Part shown: one piece after another, positions 16,612-26,415 of the stretch
Numbering within the stretch: position 1 is the first letter of the stretch
Layout of the letters: the number at the start of each line of letters is the position of its first letter
Assembly (NCBI GenBank): GCA_034521515.1
Contig: JAXHMH010000004.1
Location: 485-64,484 of the forward strand
From: Candidatus Saccharimonadota bacterium
GTDB taxonomy: Bacteria; Patescibacteriota; Saccharimonadia; Saccharimonadales; JAXHMH01
DNA: 64,000 bases
Direction of reading: 5' to 3'
Made by a program: the position numbers and the translations under genes
Notes under the pieces: model-generated
Databases searched by the model: none
Seen by the model: only the letters and a program-made list of their open reading frames with translations
Told to the model about the DNA's origin: nothing

Positions 16612-18381
16612 GTGAAAAATGTGTTTCGGATTTTGGCAACGGCTCGTGAGCTGTGGCGATATTACTTAGTCATAAGTATTTTTACGATTGGTCTAAGCCT
16701 TCTTACTTTATTGCAACCGTTTCTAAGCGGATTGGCAATAGACGAGGTAAGCAAAGGCACGGACGCGAGTATTCGGTTTGTTGCTATGGTTGCGGTCGTC
16801 ATATTTTTGTTAGATTTGGCGCAAACGCTGTTTGGTAATATCAGCGGGTATATCGGAGATCAAATGGCGGCTAAGCTAAATCGGATATTAAGCTGGCGCT
16901 ATTATCAACATTTACTTACTTTGCCCCAACAGTATTTTGATACCGAGTTATCTGGCAAAATAATCAATCGACTTAATCGATCAATTAATCAGATAACCAA
17001 TTTCGTGCAGATGCTTAGTAATAACTTTCTGCAATTTATTTTCACTACAGTGTTCTCGCTCATCGCAGTAGCGCTTTATAGTTGGCAGGTTGCGTTGATG
17101 TTGTTTACGCTGTACCCGATTTATATCTTTTTAACGTTTAGAAGTAGCAGTAAATGGCAGCGTTATCAAGTAAAGAAAAACCGTCACCTTGATATTGCGA
17201 GCGGCAGGTTTGCAGAAGCAGTAAGCCAAATAAAGGTAGTAAAAAGTTTTATATCAGAGAAACGTGAACTCGGCTTTTTTAGCAAACATTTTAGAACCAT
17301 GATTGCTACAAATAAGCCGCAATCGAAATTTTGGCATACCAGAGACGTTCAACGGCGGATTATCTTAAACGTTATCTTCTTGTTTGTGTATATGTTTATT
17401 TTTGTACGAGCGGCGCAAGGTGTGTTTTCTCCGGGACAAGCCGTAGCGTTGATTCTTTATGCCATGCAAATACGTATTCCTATCTTCACGATAAGTTTCC
17501 TTGTCGAAAACACGCAACGGGCAATTGCCGATAGTAAAGATTACTTTGAAATAATGAACGTTGAACCCGATATTCAAGATATTGCCGGCGCATCTGCTCT
17601 ACGAGTTCATAAAGGTGAAATTGTGTTTAGTGATGTAAGTTTTGGTTATGATAAAAAACCGGTTCTCAAAGATATAAACTTAACTATAAAACCTGATACC
17701 AAAGTTGCGTTAGTCGGCGAAAGCGGTGAAGGGAAAACGACTCTGACGAATATCTTGTTACGTCTGTATGAGCCACAAAAAGGTTCGATTGAGATTGATA
17801 ATCAAGACATTTGCCGCGTAACTCAAAAATCGTTACGGCAGAATATAGGCGTCGTATTCCAGGATCCGTCGTTGTTTTCTGGAACTATACGCGAGAACAT
17901 AACCTATGGTAACCCTAAAGCCAGCCTTGAGGATGTTAAAGCAGCTGCCAGGGCGGCCAACGCACACGAGTTTATAGAAAAATTAGACAAACAATATAAT
18001 GCAGAAATTGGTGAGCATGGCTTGAAGTTATCGGGCGGACAGAAACAGCGGATTGCCATTGCTCGGGCACTACTCAAAGACGCTCCAATTTTAATACTTG
18101 ACGAAGCCACAAGTAGCTTAGATAGCCGTAGCGAACAGATGGTACAAGAAGCGTTGGAGCGATTAATGAAAGGACGCACTACGATTATCATCGCACACAG
18201 GTTAAGCACGATTAGTCATGTCGATCAAATTATTACGTTTAAAGGTGGCATGATTGATGAGATCGGATCGCCGAGCGAGTTGTCAAAAAGCGGCGGTATT
18301 TATGAACAGCTGTTAACGTATCAGCAGGGTAAAACCGACACTTCCAAGAAAAAATTGAAAAAGTACGAAATAACGACGTAG
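16612..18381 (+). CDS. ABC exporter, fused permease/ATPase (MsbA/MdlB-like)
   Basis: GTG start. Six-TM N-terminal domain, Walker A GESGEGKTT, signature LSGGQKQR and Walker B ILILDEATS. Confidence 0.9.
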   Translation: MKNVFRILATARELWRYYLVISIFTIGLSLLTLLQPFLSGLAIDEVSKGTDASIRFVAMVAVVIFLLDLAQTLFGNISGYIGDQMAAKLNRILSWRYYQHLLTLPQQYFDTELSGKIINRLNRSINQITNFVQMLSNNFLQFIFTTVFSLIAVALYSWQVALMLFTLYPIYIFLTFRSSSKWQRYQVKKNRHLDIASGRFAEAVSQIKVVKSFISEKRELGFFSKHFRTMIATNKPQSKFWHTRDVQRRIILNVIFLFVYMFIFVRAAQGVFSPGQAVALILYAMQIRIPIFTISFLVENTQRAIADSKDYFEIMNVEPDIQDIAGASALRVHKGEIVFSDVSFGYDKKPVLKDINLTIKPDTKVALVGESGEGKTTLTNILLRLYEPQKGSIEIDNQDICRVTQKSLRQNIGVVFQDPSLFSGTIRENITYGNPKASLEDVKAAARAANAHEFIEKLDKQYNAEIGEHGLKLSGGQKQRIAIARALLKDAPILILDEATSSLDSRSEQMVQEALERLMKGRTTIIIAHRLSTISHVDQIITFKGGMIDEIGSPSELSKSGGIYEQLLTYQQGKTDTSKKKLKKYEITT

Positions 18382-18396
18382 TTATAAAGGCTAATC

Positions 18397-21237
18397 ATGA
18401 AATGGACACTAATGAAGAAACAACGACGTAACACTTCAGCCAACGATACAAAAGTTGTAAAGCTCAGTTTGTTGTTTTTTGACTGGTTTAAGTCAACGTT
18501 TGTTATTTGGGTTTGTCTAGTTGTGTTGGGCGTATTAGCCTACGTTGTGTTTTTACCGCGGGAAGGGTTCCCGGCTATTCAGGCACCGTACGGGTTGGCG
18601 ACGGGGAGCTATCTTGTACAGAACGCTGAAGAAGTAGATAGCAAGATAACCAAACCTGCCTCTGATGTATTACAGGATGTTGCGGGCGTGGAATCTGTGC
18701 GCACTCAAGCTGACGACAGTTTCTTTACGATAATTGCTCAGTTTGAAGAAGGGACTTCTAGTGAAGCTGGTACAAAACGAATGCGTGAAGCTATTGAAAC
18801 AGCCGGCTTTATGCCAGAAGAAGCCACGGTTGACTATACCGTTATAGCTCCGGCTCTGTATCTCAATAAGTACGACATGACTTTGTCGGTATATAGTCCA
18901 GACAACGGAGACGTTTCAAAATTACAAGCCGCTTCTGCTCAGGCTTCTCGGGAGCTGACAGCATACGATGCAATTGAAACAGCAGAGATACAAGAACAAT
19001 TCTCTACCGGAACTAACCCCCAAACCGGCCAGGAAATTACACGACAGTCGAGCTTTGACCGTATAGGCATCGCAGAAAATAACGAGCTGGAATTTTACCC
19101 CGCGTTTACTATAGGTATCGTTGGCAATGACAATCTTGATGTGATTGAACTTTCTGATGCAGTGCGAAGCGCGATTAACCAGATAGAGGTAGGAGATTCC
19201 AGCAATACCTATGAGATTGCTGTGTCAGGTGATTTTGCGCCATCAATTACGACTCAGATTGCTAGCCTGGAGTCGAATATGGTGAGTGGTTTAGTCGCAA
19301 TAGTTGTGATTAGTTTCTTGTTAATATCGTGGCGGGCTTCGCTTATTACGGCGTTGTTTATGACTAGTGTCATGATGACGACGTTGCTAGTTTTGTGGCT
19401 TGTCGGCTATACATTAAATACAATCAGCTTGTTTGCACTAGTGTTGGCGCTCGGTTTATTTGTCGACGATGCGACAATTGTCGTGGAGGCAGTAGACGCT
19501 GCTAGGCGTAAAGGTAAAGACAAGCGAGAAGTCGTTCGGCAGGCAATCAAGAAAGTAGCCGCTGCAAGTATTGCCGGTACGCTCACCACGGTGCTTGTTT
19601 TCGCGCCATTGGTGTTTATAACTGGTATTTTAGGTGAATTTATACAGATCTTACCGATTACTATAATTGTTGCGCTAGTAAGTTCGCTTGTTTTGTCATT
19701 GACGTTGATACCGTTTTTATCGCGTTTTGTATTGTTGCGCGGGCGCCGACAAGCTACAGGCTTGAGTCCGATTGTCAGGGCAGAAAGTTTTTTGGCAGCA
19801 AAACTAGCCCAAACTCCCCTAATCTTAAATAGAAGCCGCAAAAAAGGTGTAGCGATCGCCAGTGTTTTTGTTGTATTGAGCATATTTATTATTGCGGCTG
19901 GAGGCTACTATGGCGGACAGCTTAAATTCAATATTTTTCCAGAGACAAGTGACGCTGATCAGCTAAGTTTGTCTATTAATTATAACCAAGCTACGTCGGT
20001 CGAAGAGTCAATTGAGGTGTCTAAGAGGATAGAGACTACTGTTCAGCAAAAAATAGGCGAGCACGTCAGGTTGGCTAGTTATGGCGCATATAGCCAGCCC
20101 TCACAAAGATCAGCCACAATGTTTATTGAACTTGAGCCGTTTACACAACGGACAACAACATCACAAGAAATGATCGGTGATCTTGAACTAGCTTTTGAGG
20201 AGTTTTCGTCAGCGCAAGTACAAGTAAATCAGATTGACGCTGGGCCGCCATCGGTGGAATTTCCTTTTGCTGCTCAGGTTTACGCCGAAGATAAACAGGG
20301 TTCAGCCGAACTAGCGCGAGATATTGCGGAGTTTTTAGAAGATCGTGATATTTCACGGCCTGACGGTTCGACGGCACGGATTATTAATACCGAGATAGCT
20401 CACACGGATAGAATTGTACGGCGTGATGGGGATCGGTTTGTACGTATTGGTGCGGCGTTTGACGCTAGTGATACAACGGCTCTTGTCCAAGCAACACAAA
20501 AAGCAGTGGAGCGTGAATTCGACGCCGACAAATTGCGTTCAGACTATGGCGTCGAGCCTCAGTCGCTTCAGTTTGATTTTGGCCAGGAATCGCAGAACCA
20601 GGAGTCATTCTCGTCACTACTACTCATAGGTCCTTTATCTGTGCTTGCTATGTTCCTGCTTTTAGCAGTTCAGTTTCGCTCACTATTGCAACCCTTACTC
20701 ATATTTATGGCCATACCTTTTAGCTTGTTTGGGGTGACCTATGGCTTGTATGCAACAAATAACCCGATTAGCTTCTTTACGATGATTGGGTTTTTCGGGC
20801 TGCTTGGGATTGCAGTCAACAACACGATACTTTTAACTGACTACGCAAACCAAGAACGTCGTGCTGGTAAATCATTAGCTGTCGCGGTCAGTGAAGCTAC
20901 TCGTCAGCGTTTCCGGCCGCTCGTCGTCACATCGCTTACAACGATTGCTGCGTTGACGCCGTTAGCTTTATCAGATCCGTTTTGGGAGCCGTTGGCGGTG
21001 ACAATAATATTCGGACTAATATCTAGCACATTTTTAGTGATTATTGCATTCCCTTACTACTACTTAATTGCTGAATATGTACGGCAACGCATAAGCCGCC
21101 GACGTGTGATTTTTTGGCTTATTGGGCTAGCTACGGTTATCGGTATTGCTTTTCTGATAAACGCTTTGGTAGTACCATTAGTATGTATTTATATACTTGT
21201 TTCTATAGCATTAAACCGTTTCTGGAGGATGATGTAA
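18397..21237 (+). CDS. RND-superfamily efflux permease (AcrB-like)
   Basis: 946 aa with 12-TM topology and two large loops. GLFVDDATIVVEAV resembles the AcrB TM4 motif. Confidence 0.8.
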   Translation: MKWTLMKKQRRNTSANDTKVVKLSLLFFDWFKSTFVIWVCLVVLGVLAYVVFLPREGFPAIQAPYGLATGSYLVQNAEEVDSKITKPASDVLQDVAGVESVRTQADDSFFTIIAQFEEGTSSEAGTKRMREAIETAGFMPEEATVDYTVIAPALYLNKYDMTLSVYSPDNGDVSKLQAASAQASRELTAYDAIETAEIQEQFSTGTNPQTGQEITRQSSFDRIGIAENNELEFYPAFTIGIVGNDNLDVIELSDAVRSAINQIEVGDSSNTYEIAVSGDFAPSITTQIASLESNMVSGLVAIVVISFLLISWRASLITALFMTSVMMTTLLVLWLVGYTLNTISLFALVLALGLFVDDATIVVEAVDAARRKGKDKREVVRQAIKKVAAASIAGTLTTVLVFAPLVFITGILGEFIQILPITIIVALVSSLVLSLTLIPFLSRFVLLRGRRQATGLSPIVRAESFLAAKLAQTPLILNRSRKKGVAIASVFVVLSIFIIAAGGYYGGQLKFNIFPETSDADQLSLSINYNQATSVEESIEVSKRIETTVQQKIGEHVRLASYGAYSQPSQRSATMFIELEPFTQRTTTSQEMIGDLELAFEEFSSAQVQVNQIDAGPPSVEFPFAAQVYAEDKQGSAELARDIAEFLEDRDISRPDGSTARIINTEIAHTDRIVRRDGDRFVRIGAAFDASDTTALVQATQKAVEREFDADKLRSDYGVEPQSLQFDFGQESQNQESFSSLLLIGPLSVLAMFLLLAVQFRSLLQPLLIFMAIPFSLFGVTYGLYATNNPISFFTMIGFFGLLGIAVNNTILLTDYANQERRAGKSLAVAVSEATRQRFRPLVVTSLTTIAALTPLALSDPFWEPLAVTIIFGLISSTFLVIIAFPYYYLIAEYVRQRISRRRVIFWLIGLATVIGIAFLINALVVPLVCIYILVSIALNRFWRMM

Positions 21238-21238
21238 T

Positions 21239-21682
21239 ATGCGCCGAGCTGTCCGAGCTATAATCATTAAAGACAAGAAGTTGCTGGTAATGCACCGCAA
21301 CAAGTTTGGTGATGAGTATGACACTTTGCCGGGTGGCAACGTAGAAGTTGGCGAGACTCTGGAAGAGGCACTCAGGCGTGAAGTAACTGAAGAAACAATG
21401 GTTAATTTTGATGGTGAGCGACTGGTCTTTTTAGAGCATGCCGGTCATCCGTACGGTGATCAATATGTGTATCTTTGTAAGTATCAATCGGGAGAGCCGC
21501 AACTACATCCGGATTCCGAAGAAGAGCAGATTAATCGGCTCGGCAAGAACTTGTACCGGCCGGCCTGGCTGGCTTTGTCGGACTTGCCCACTTCGCCGTT
21601 TTTATCAAAAAAACTAAAAGAACATATACTCCACGGCGTTGAACATGGTTGGCCAAAAAAGTCGCTGGAATTCAAATCCTAG
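21239..21682 (+). CDS. NUDIX hydrolase
   Basis: Nudix box GGNVEVGETLEEALRREVTEETMV. Confidence 0.9.
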   Translation: MRRAVRAIIIKDKKLLVMHRNKFGDEYDTLPGGNVEVGETLEEALRREVTEETMVNFDGERLVFLEHAGHPYGDQYVYLCKYQSGEPQLHPDSEEEQINRLGKNLYRPAWLALSDLPTSPFLSKKLKEHILHGVEHGWPKKSLEFKS

Positions 21683-21815
21683 AATAGCTATACTGCCTAC
21701 ATTATAGGTGAGTAATTATAGATTGATTTTTGGGAGCGCAGGAGCGCAAACGCAATCTTAGTCAAGCTAAGTCGCCCAATGCGGGTACTATTAAAAGAGA
21801 ACTATAGGGGGTAAA

Positions 21816-22364
21816 ATGACAAAATCAAAACGAATTTTTACGATTGTATTAGCGTTCGTATTCCTAATTACATCAGTTGCATTTACAGCACTGGTTATTC
21901 TTCAAACAACAAGAGACGATCAAGATCCAAGCTCTAACGAACTTGACTCATCCGATATTGAGCAACTCCAAAATAATCAACCACAGGAGGGCATGTTACA
22001 GGGTACACAGCTAGAGGGATTTGAACCGATCGAAGACGTCAGTGAGCTGCAAGTCATAGATATTGAGGAAGGAAATGGCGAAGAAGTACAGCCTGGTGCG
22101 GGTGTGACCGCACATTATACCGGGGCAATTGCCAGTACGGGAGTTATATTCCAAAGTTCTTATGACACCGGGCAAGCTGTACCGTTTAGCTTGGACGGCG
22201 TTATTGAGGGCTGGACAGAAGGCGTACCAGGTATGAAGGTTGGGGGTAAACGTCGATTAGTCATCCCGGCAGCTCAAGCGTATGGTAACCAGTCGCCATC
22301 GCCAGATGTACCAGCAAACTCAGATCTAGTGTTTGATATTGAAGTGTTAGAGGTAGAGCAATAA
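21816..22364 (+). CDS. FKBP-type peptidyl-prolyl cis-trans isomerase, membrane-anchored
   Basis: N-terminal TM segment, then an FKBP domain with HYTG...FDSS-like, VIEGWTEGVPGMKVGGKRRLVIP and LVFDIEVLEV. Confidence 0.9.
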   Translation: MTKSKRIFTIVLAFVFLITSVAFTALVILQTTRDDQDPSSNELDSSDIEQLQNNQPQEGMLQGTQLEGFEPIEDVSELQVIDIEEGNGEEVQPGAGVTAHYTGAIASTGVIFQSSYDTGQAVPFSLDGVIEGWTEGVPGMKVGGKRRLVIPAAQAYGNQSPSPDVPANSDLVFDIEVLEVEQ

Positions 22365-22475
22365 AAAGAAAGGAAAATGCAAAAAAACACAACATGTATA
22401 GTATTGCATAAGCACGTATACGCTATATATAATAGACAAGACAATCACAAAAATAAGAACGAAAGGTTTCATAAA

Positions 22476-22724
22476 ATGCCAAAAAACATCACTATTTTTA
22501 CAACCAACACCTGCGCTTACTGCGTTATGGTAAAAAAATGGTTAAATGCCAAAGGGTTTAGTTACGAGGAGGTGAATCTTGATCAGGATCCATCACGTCA
22601 GTCTGAGGCTTTGGAGCTTAGCGGGGCTTTGACTGTGCCGGTTACGGTTGTTACGAAAGCTGATGATAGCCGGGATGTTATAGTCGGGTATAACCTTTCT
22701 CAGCTTGCTCCAGCAGTCTCTTAG
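22476..22724 (+). CDS. Glutaredoxin-like protein (NrdH/Grx family)
   Basis: MPKNITIFTTNTCAYCVMVKKWL carries the CxxC motif, and TVPV is present. I prefer the internal ATG at 22476 to the 33-aa low-complexity extension in the ORF track. Confidence 0.8.
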   Translation: MPKNITIFTTNTCAYCVMVKKWLNAKGFSYEEVNLDQDPSRQSEALELSGALTVPVTVVTKADDSRDVIVGYNLSQLAPAVS

Positions 22725-22829
22725 AGTCTAAGGCTCGGACTGCTATACTGATAAATGATGAGCAGGCTGTTGTTTGGCTGTAGTCCGGACAGACAAGCAG
22801 GTAATAATGAAAAAAGGGATGACTAAGAT

Positions 22830-23771
22830 ATGGCTGAACGAGAGATACATGATGTAGTGATTGTAGGAGCTGGTCCTGCGGCACTCAGCGCGGCGATTTA
22901 TACAACACGCGAAGACATCGATACGGTGATTTATGAAAAAGGCGTCATTGGCGGTTTGGCTGCAGTTACCGATTGGGTAGACAATTATCCTGGTTTTGCT
23001 CAGGGTGTGGCTGGAATGGAGCTGGCTGAAAGCCTGCAAAAGCAAGCCGAACGGTTTGGGACTGATATTCGGCTTGGTGAAGTGTTGAGTATTCACGATG
23101 AAGGAGAGCTTAAGCGTTTAGAGACGACTGACGGTGAAGTTTACGCGCGAACAATCCTCATTACCACCGGTAGCGATTATAAGAAATTAGGTATACCGGG
23201 TGAGTCGGAATATTATGCACGCGGTGTACATTATTGTGCCACGTGCGACGGCGCTTTTTACCGGGATAAACGAGTGGTGGTAGTCGGTGGTGGAAATTCT
23301 GCAGTACAAGAAGCTATGTTTTTAACAAAGTTCGTTTCACACATAGATTTGCTTGTTCGTAGCGACAAATTCCGGGCATCTGAAATTCTACAGGAAGAAC
23401 TCAAGAAACACACTGATAAGATTACGGTGCACTTCAATACGACAACAGACGAGATTATCGGTGAAAACGGCAAAGTTACCAAAGTTGTAGGTACTGACAA
23501 AAAGACGAACAAGAAAGTCGAGTTTCCAACAGACGGTGTCTTTGTGTTTATCGGCCTTAAGCCAAATACACAATTTTTAAAAGATTCTGACGTGTTATTG
23601 GATGAGATTGGAATGGTAATCACCAATGCGTATTTAGAGACAAACGTCAAAGGCGTATTTGCAGCAGGCGACGTGCGATCCGGTGCGACAATGCAAATTG
23701 CCAGTGCGACTGGCGAGGGAGCAACAGCTGCGCTTATGATACGAAAATATCTCGAACCCCATCATATGTAA
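22830..23771 (+). CDS. trxB: Thioredoxin-disulfide reductase
   Basis: GAGPAALSAAIY (FAD binding), redox-active CATCDG and GGGNSAVQEA (NADPH binding). Confidence 0.95.
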   Translation: MAEREIHDVVIVGAGPAALSAAIYTTREDIDTVIYEKGVIGGLAAVTDWVDNYPGFAQGVAGMELAESLQKQAERFGTDIRLGEVLSIHDEGELKRLETTDGEVYARTILITTGSDYKKLGIPGESEYYARGVHYCATCDGAFYRDKRVVVVGGGNSAVQEAMFLTKFVSHIDLLVRSDKFRASEILQEELKKHTDKITVHFNTTTDEIIGENGKVTKVVGTDKKTNKKVEFPTDGVFVFIGLKPNTQFLKDSDVLLDEIGMVITNAYLETNVKGVFAAGDVRSGATMQIASATGEGATAALMIRKYLEPHHM

Positions 23772-23788
23772 AATATTGCAAGAATTTT

Positions 23789-23817
23789 ACTATACAAATT
23801 AACTGATAATTTATAGT
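23789..23817. promoter_or_regulatory. Inverted repeat, candidate MarR operator
   Basis: ACTATACAAATTA-actga-TAATTTATAGT. The arms are complementary apart from one extra C. It lies 30 nt upstream of the MarR ATG, which has a strong SD (AGGAGGTG). Confidence 0.4.
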
Positions 23818-23846
23818 ATAAATAAGCAATTAAAGGAGGTGGTGAA

Positions 23847-24272
23847 ATGAGTGGAGAACAGATACTTTTGCTGCATTCCCGAGCTGACAGAGCACTCAGA
23901 AGTCTCCTTGAAAATCGACTAGAAAAATCTGGCGTCACAATTATGGAGTGGCTCGTGTTATCGATAATTTCGCGTAGTCCAAAAACTGGATTGAGTATGT
24001 CAGAGCTCGCCGCAACGCTCGGCGTAACACTGCCACAGGTAACGGCACTCATGACTGGTGTAGTGAAAAAGAAGTACGTACGTCTAAAAACTCAGCCTAG
24101 AGATCGCCGTAGTCGCCATGCACTCCTAACTAGTAAAGGTGCCTCTGTTGCTGAAAATGCGAAAGCTGACATTGACGCCGTTTTGAAAGACACATTAAGC
24201 GAAATAACAGCTGATCAGGAAAAAGCATATCTTACGGTGCTTGAACAAATTGCTCGACACAATATTGCTTAA
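23847..24272 (+). CDS. MarR-family transcriptional regulator
   Basis: Winged-HTH pattern (LSMSELAATLGVTLPQVTALM...DRRS) and 141 aa length. Confidence 0.85.
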   Translation: MSGEQILLLHSRADRALRSLLENRLEKSGVTIMEWLVLSIISRSPKTGLSMSELAATLGVTLPQVTALMTGVVKKKYVRLKTQPRDRRSRHALLTSKGASVAENAKADIDAVLKDTLSEITADQEKAYLTVLEQIARHNIA

Positions 24273-24313
24273 ATTGTTTTGGAGTAACCAAGATCAGTTG
24301 GTACTGCATTAGT

Positions 24314-25012
24314 TTATTCGGTGTGGTATCCAGGGAAGTGATCGGCGACGATACGGTATTTTTCTACACCGTTTCTTTGTAGGTTATGTGTTAGGTCTTT
24401 GGTAATTTCTTCTGGCCCGGATATAAAGAATACAGTGTTGGGTCGGTTATCGGATAACTCGCTAAGCTTGGTAGCGTCGAGCTTTCCGCTGTATCCTGAC
24501 CACTTTTTATGCGGTTGAGATAGCACGAGCGTCAGATTTGAAGCGGCGGAAGTTAAAGTGTCTAAAAACACCAGATCTGATTGTTTTCGGGCGGCGTATA
24601 CTACTTGTATTGTGCGGCGCTCACGGGTGTGCTTGAGCCATGTTAGAATGCTCCGCACAGGCGTTATACCAACACCTATTGCCACAAAGACTAAAGGGAT
24701 AGTTGAATCTTTTGGGAGTACAAAATCTCCCATCGGTTGACTGATGGTGACATTGTCACCAGGTTTCAGATTAACAAGGGCTTGTTTGTAAGGGCTACTT
24801 TTTTCGTGAATTTTTGTGGTGATCGCAATAAGTTCTTCGCTTGGCGAAGAAGAAAGCGTAAACCACCGCTGGTCGTTGTTAAGTCGGTCGGTCTGAGGCA
24901 ATGTTAAGCCTATAAATTGTCCGGCGTCATACCGAATTCTCTGTGATGGTCTAAACCAAAACGACTGAATGTCATCGGCTAAATGTTCTTTTTTGACAAG
25001 TGTTGCTTGCAT
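24314..25012 (-). CDS. Ferredoxin-reductase-type FAD/NAD(P)-binding oxidoreductase
   Basis: The RWFTLSSSP motif is RxYS-like, AIGVGITP is present, and the two-domain FNR-like length is 232 aa. Confidence 0.7.
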   Translation of the reverse strand: MQATLVKKEHLADDIQSFWFRPSQRIRYDAGQFIGLTLPQTDRLNNDQRWFTLSSSPSEELIAITTKIHEKSSPYKQALVNLKPGDNVTISQPMGDFVLPKDSTIPLVFVAIGVGITPVRSILTWLKHTRERRTIQVVYAARKQSDLVFLDTLTSAASNLTLVLSQPHKKWSGYSGKLDATKLSELSDNRPNTVFFISGPEEITKDLTHNLQRNGVEKYRIVADHFPGYHTE

Positions 25013-25102
25013 ATATATCTCTACTTTGAGTAGTATAGTTTACTCTAGGCGGCACAACAAACGTTGACACAAGCCTACCAACTAGTGTCGGTAATTGTTT
25101 AA

Positions 25103-25768
25103 TTATTTTATAAACTTATCGGGGTTATCGGTGCAAATACCGGCTCTTGGGTAAAAAAGCCTTATAAACCAAAAGGTCAGTCGGTTGTTAACAGTCCATA
25201 CATATAGATTTAGCTTGTAGTGATTTGCGAGCCAGTAAGTAAGCGGATTAAGAATCCAGAAATTTAGACCTACGCCTTGTAAGCGTAATTTACGAGCTAC
25301 AGAAATAGCCTCAATTGGATGGTTTTTTTCTAGGAAATACGTGGATAATGTAGGCTCCAATCGTTTAATTAATTTTAGCTCTCGTCGCTTGAAGGAACCT
25401 ATGCGTATATCTCGGTTAGCTTGATCATATAAGGCATCTGATAATAGTTGAGCGCAGCCAGCCGCTTTAATTTCGATAATGAGTGGTGTGTTACCGGTAC
25501 ATTTAAGAACAGTATCAAGTGTCGGGATGGTCATGCCGCCAATAAGTTTGATGTGTTGAAGTTGCGACAGTGTTAACCTACTGATTTTGCCAGGGTGATT
25601 GGCTAACCTGTTTAGGTTTGCGTCGTGAAATACTACAAGATGATTATCTTTGGTTTTGCGGATATCAAATTCAATCGCATCAACTCCAAGCTGCGCGGCG
25701 TGAGTAAGGCTCTCAGCGGTGTTTTCCAGTACATTACCTGAAGCACCGCGATGTCCGATGATTTCCAT
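25103..25768 (-). CDS. Glycerophosphodiester phosphodiesterase family protein
   Basis: MEIIGHRGASGNVLENT matches the HRG...EN motif, and EFDIRKTKDNHLVVFHD is present. Starting at the internal ATG at 25768 removes the overlap with ppa. Confidence 0.85.
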   Translation of the reverse strand: MEIIGHRGASGNVLENTAESLTHAAQLGVDAIEFDIRKTKDNHLVVFHDANLNRLANHPGKISRLTLSQLQHIKLIGGMTIPTLDTVLKCTGNTPLIIEIKAAGCAQLLSDALYDQANRDIRIGSFKRRELKLIKRLEPTLSTYFLEKNHPIEAISVARKLRLQGVGLNFWILNPLTYWLANHYKLNLYVWTVNNRLTFWFIRLFYPRAGICTDNPDKFIK

Positions 25769-25775
25769 TGGCTTT

Positions 25776-25781
25776 AGTGTA
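25776..25781 (-). promoter_or_regulatory. -10 box TACACT, 7 nt upstream of the GDPD ATG (leaderless-type)
   Basis: The minus strand reads attgTACACTaaagccaATG. Confidence 0.4.
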
Positions 25782-25819
25782 CAATATATATGAAATATAC
25801 GAAGTAAAAGGAGTAAAAA

Positions 25820-26338
25820 ATGAGCAATGTCAGCTATGGAGATGACGCCCCGAACGTCGTAAATGTAATAATTGAAATTCAAAAAGGCAGCCGTAACAAA
25901 ATTGAAGTTGATAAAGATACGGGTCGGCTTTTCTTGGATCGTGTAAACGGAACCTTGCTTGGTTATCCAGCAGATTACGGTTATGTACCTGATACACTTT
26001 GTGACGACGATGATCCATTAGATGCGTTGCTTATTATTGACGAATCGGTTCCGCACGGCGTGGTGGTTCCGAGCCGGCCGATTGGTGTCTTATATTTTGA
26101 AGATGACGGCGAAATGGACGAGAAACTTATTTGTGTACCGGCTGACGACATCAGCAAGGATCATATTAAAACGCTCGATGATCTTGGAGAAGCTTTTAAA
26201 AAGAACATCGAGCACTTTTATTCACACTATAAAGACTGGAAGAAGAACTGGAAGGGTGTTAGCGCAGAATTGAAAGGTTGGGGCGACCCATCAGATGCCA
26301 AGAAAGTCATACAAGACTCCATAGCACGCGTAAAATAG
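25820..26338 (+). CDS. ppa: Inorganic pyrophosphatase (family I)
   Basis: Matches NVIIEIQKGSRNKIEVDKDTG and DGDPLDALL-like DDDDPLDALL. The SD AAGGAG lies upstream. Confidence 0.95.
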   Translation: MSNVSYGDDAPNVVNVIIEIQKGSRNKIEVDKDTGRLFLDRVNGTLLGYPADYGYVPDTLCDDDDPLDALLIIDESVPHGVVVPSRPIGVLYFEDDGEMDEKLICVPADDISKDHIKTLDDLGEAFKKNIEHFYSHYKDWKKNWKGVSAELKGWGDPSDAKKVIQDSIARVK

Positions 26339-26415
26339 TGAATACAACTTGATATTACTCAAGCATAACCGTTACAATACCACTTGAAGTTATACAACAA
26401 CTACAGGGGGTATAT

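Noticed and set aside
25769-25882. 38-aa N-terminal extension of the GDPD gene, with similar upstream extensions at 22377-22475 (glutaredoxin), 46224-46376 (CAP protein), 27523-27552 (rpiB) and 41569-41607 (dnaE).
   Set aside because: The extensions are low-complexity or overlap neighbouring genes and promoters. In each case an internal start with a promoter or SD context gives the family-typical N-terminus.
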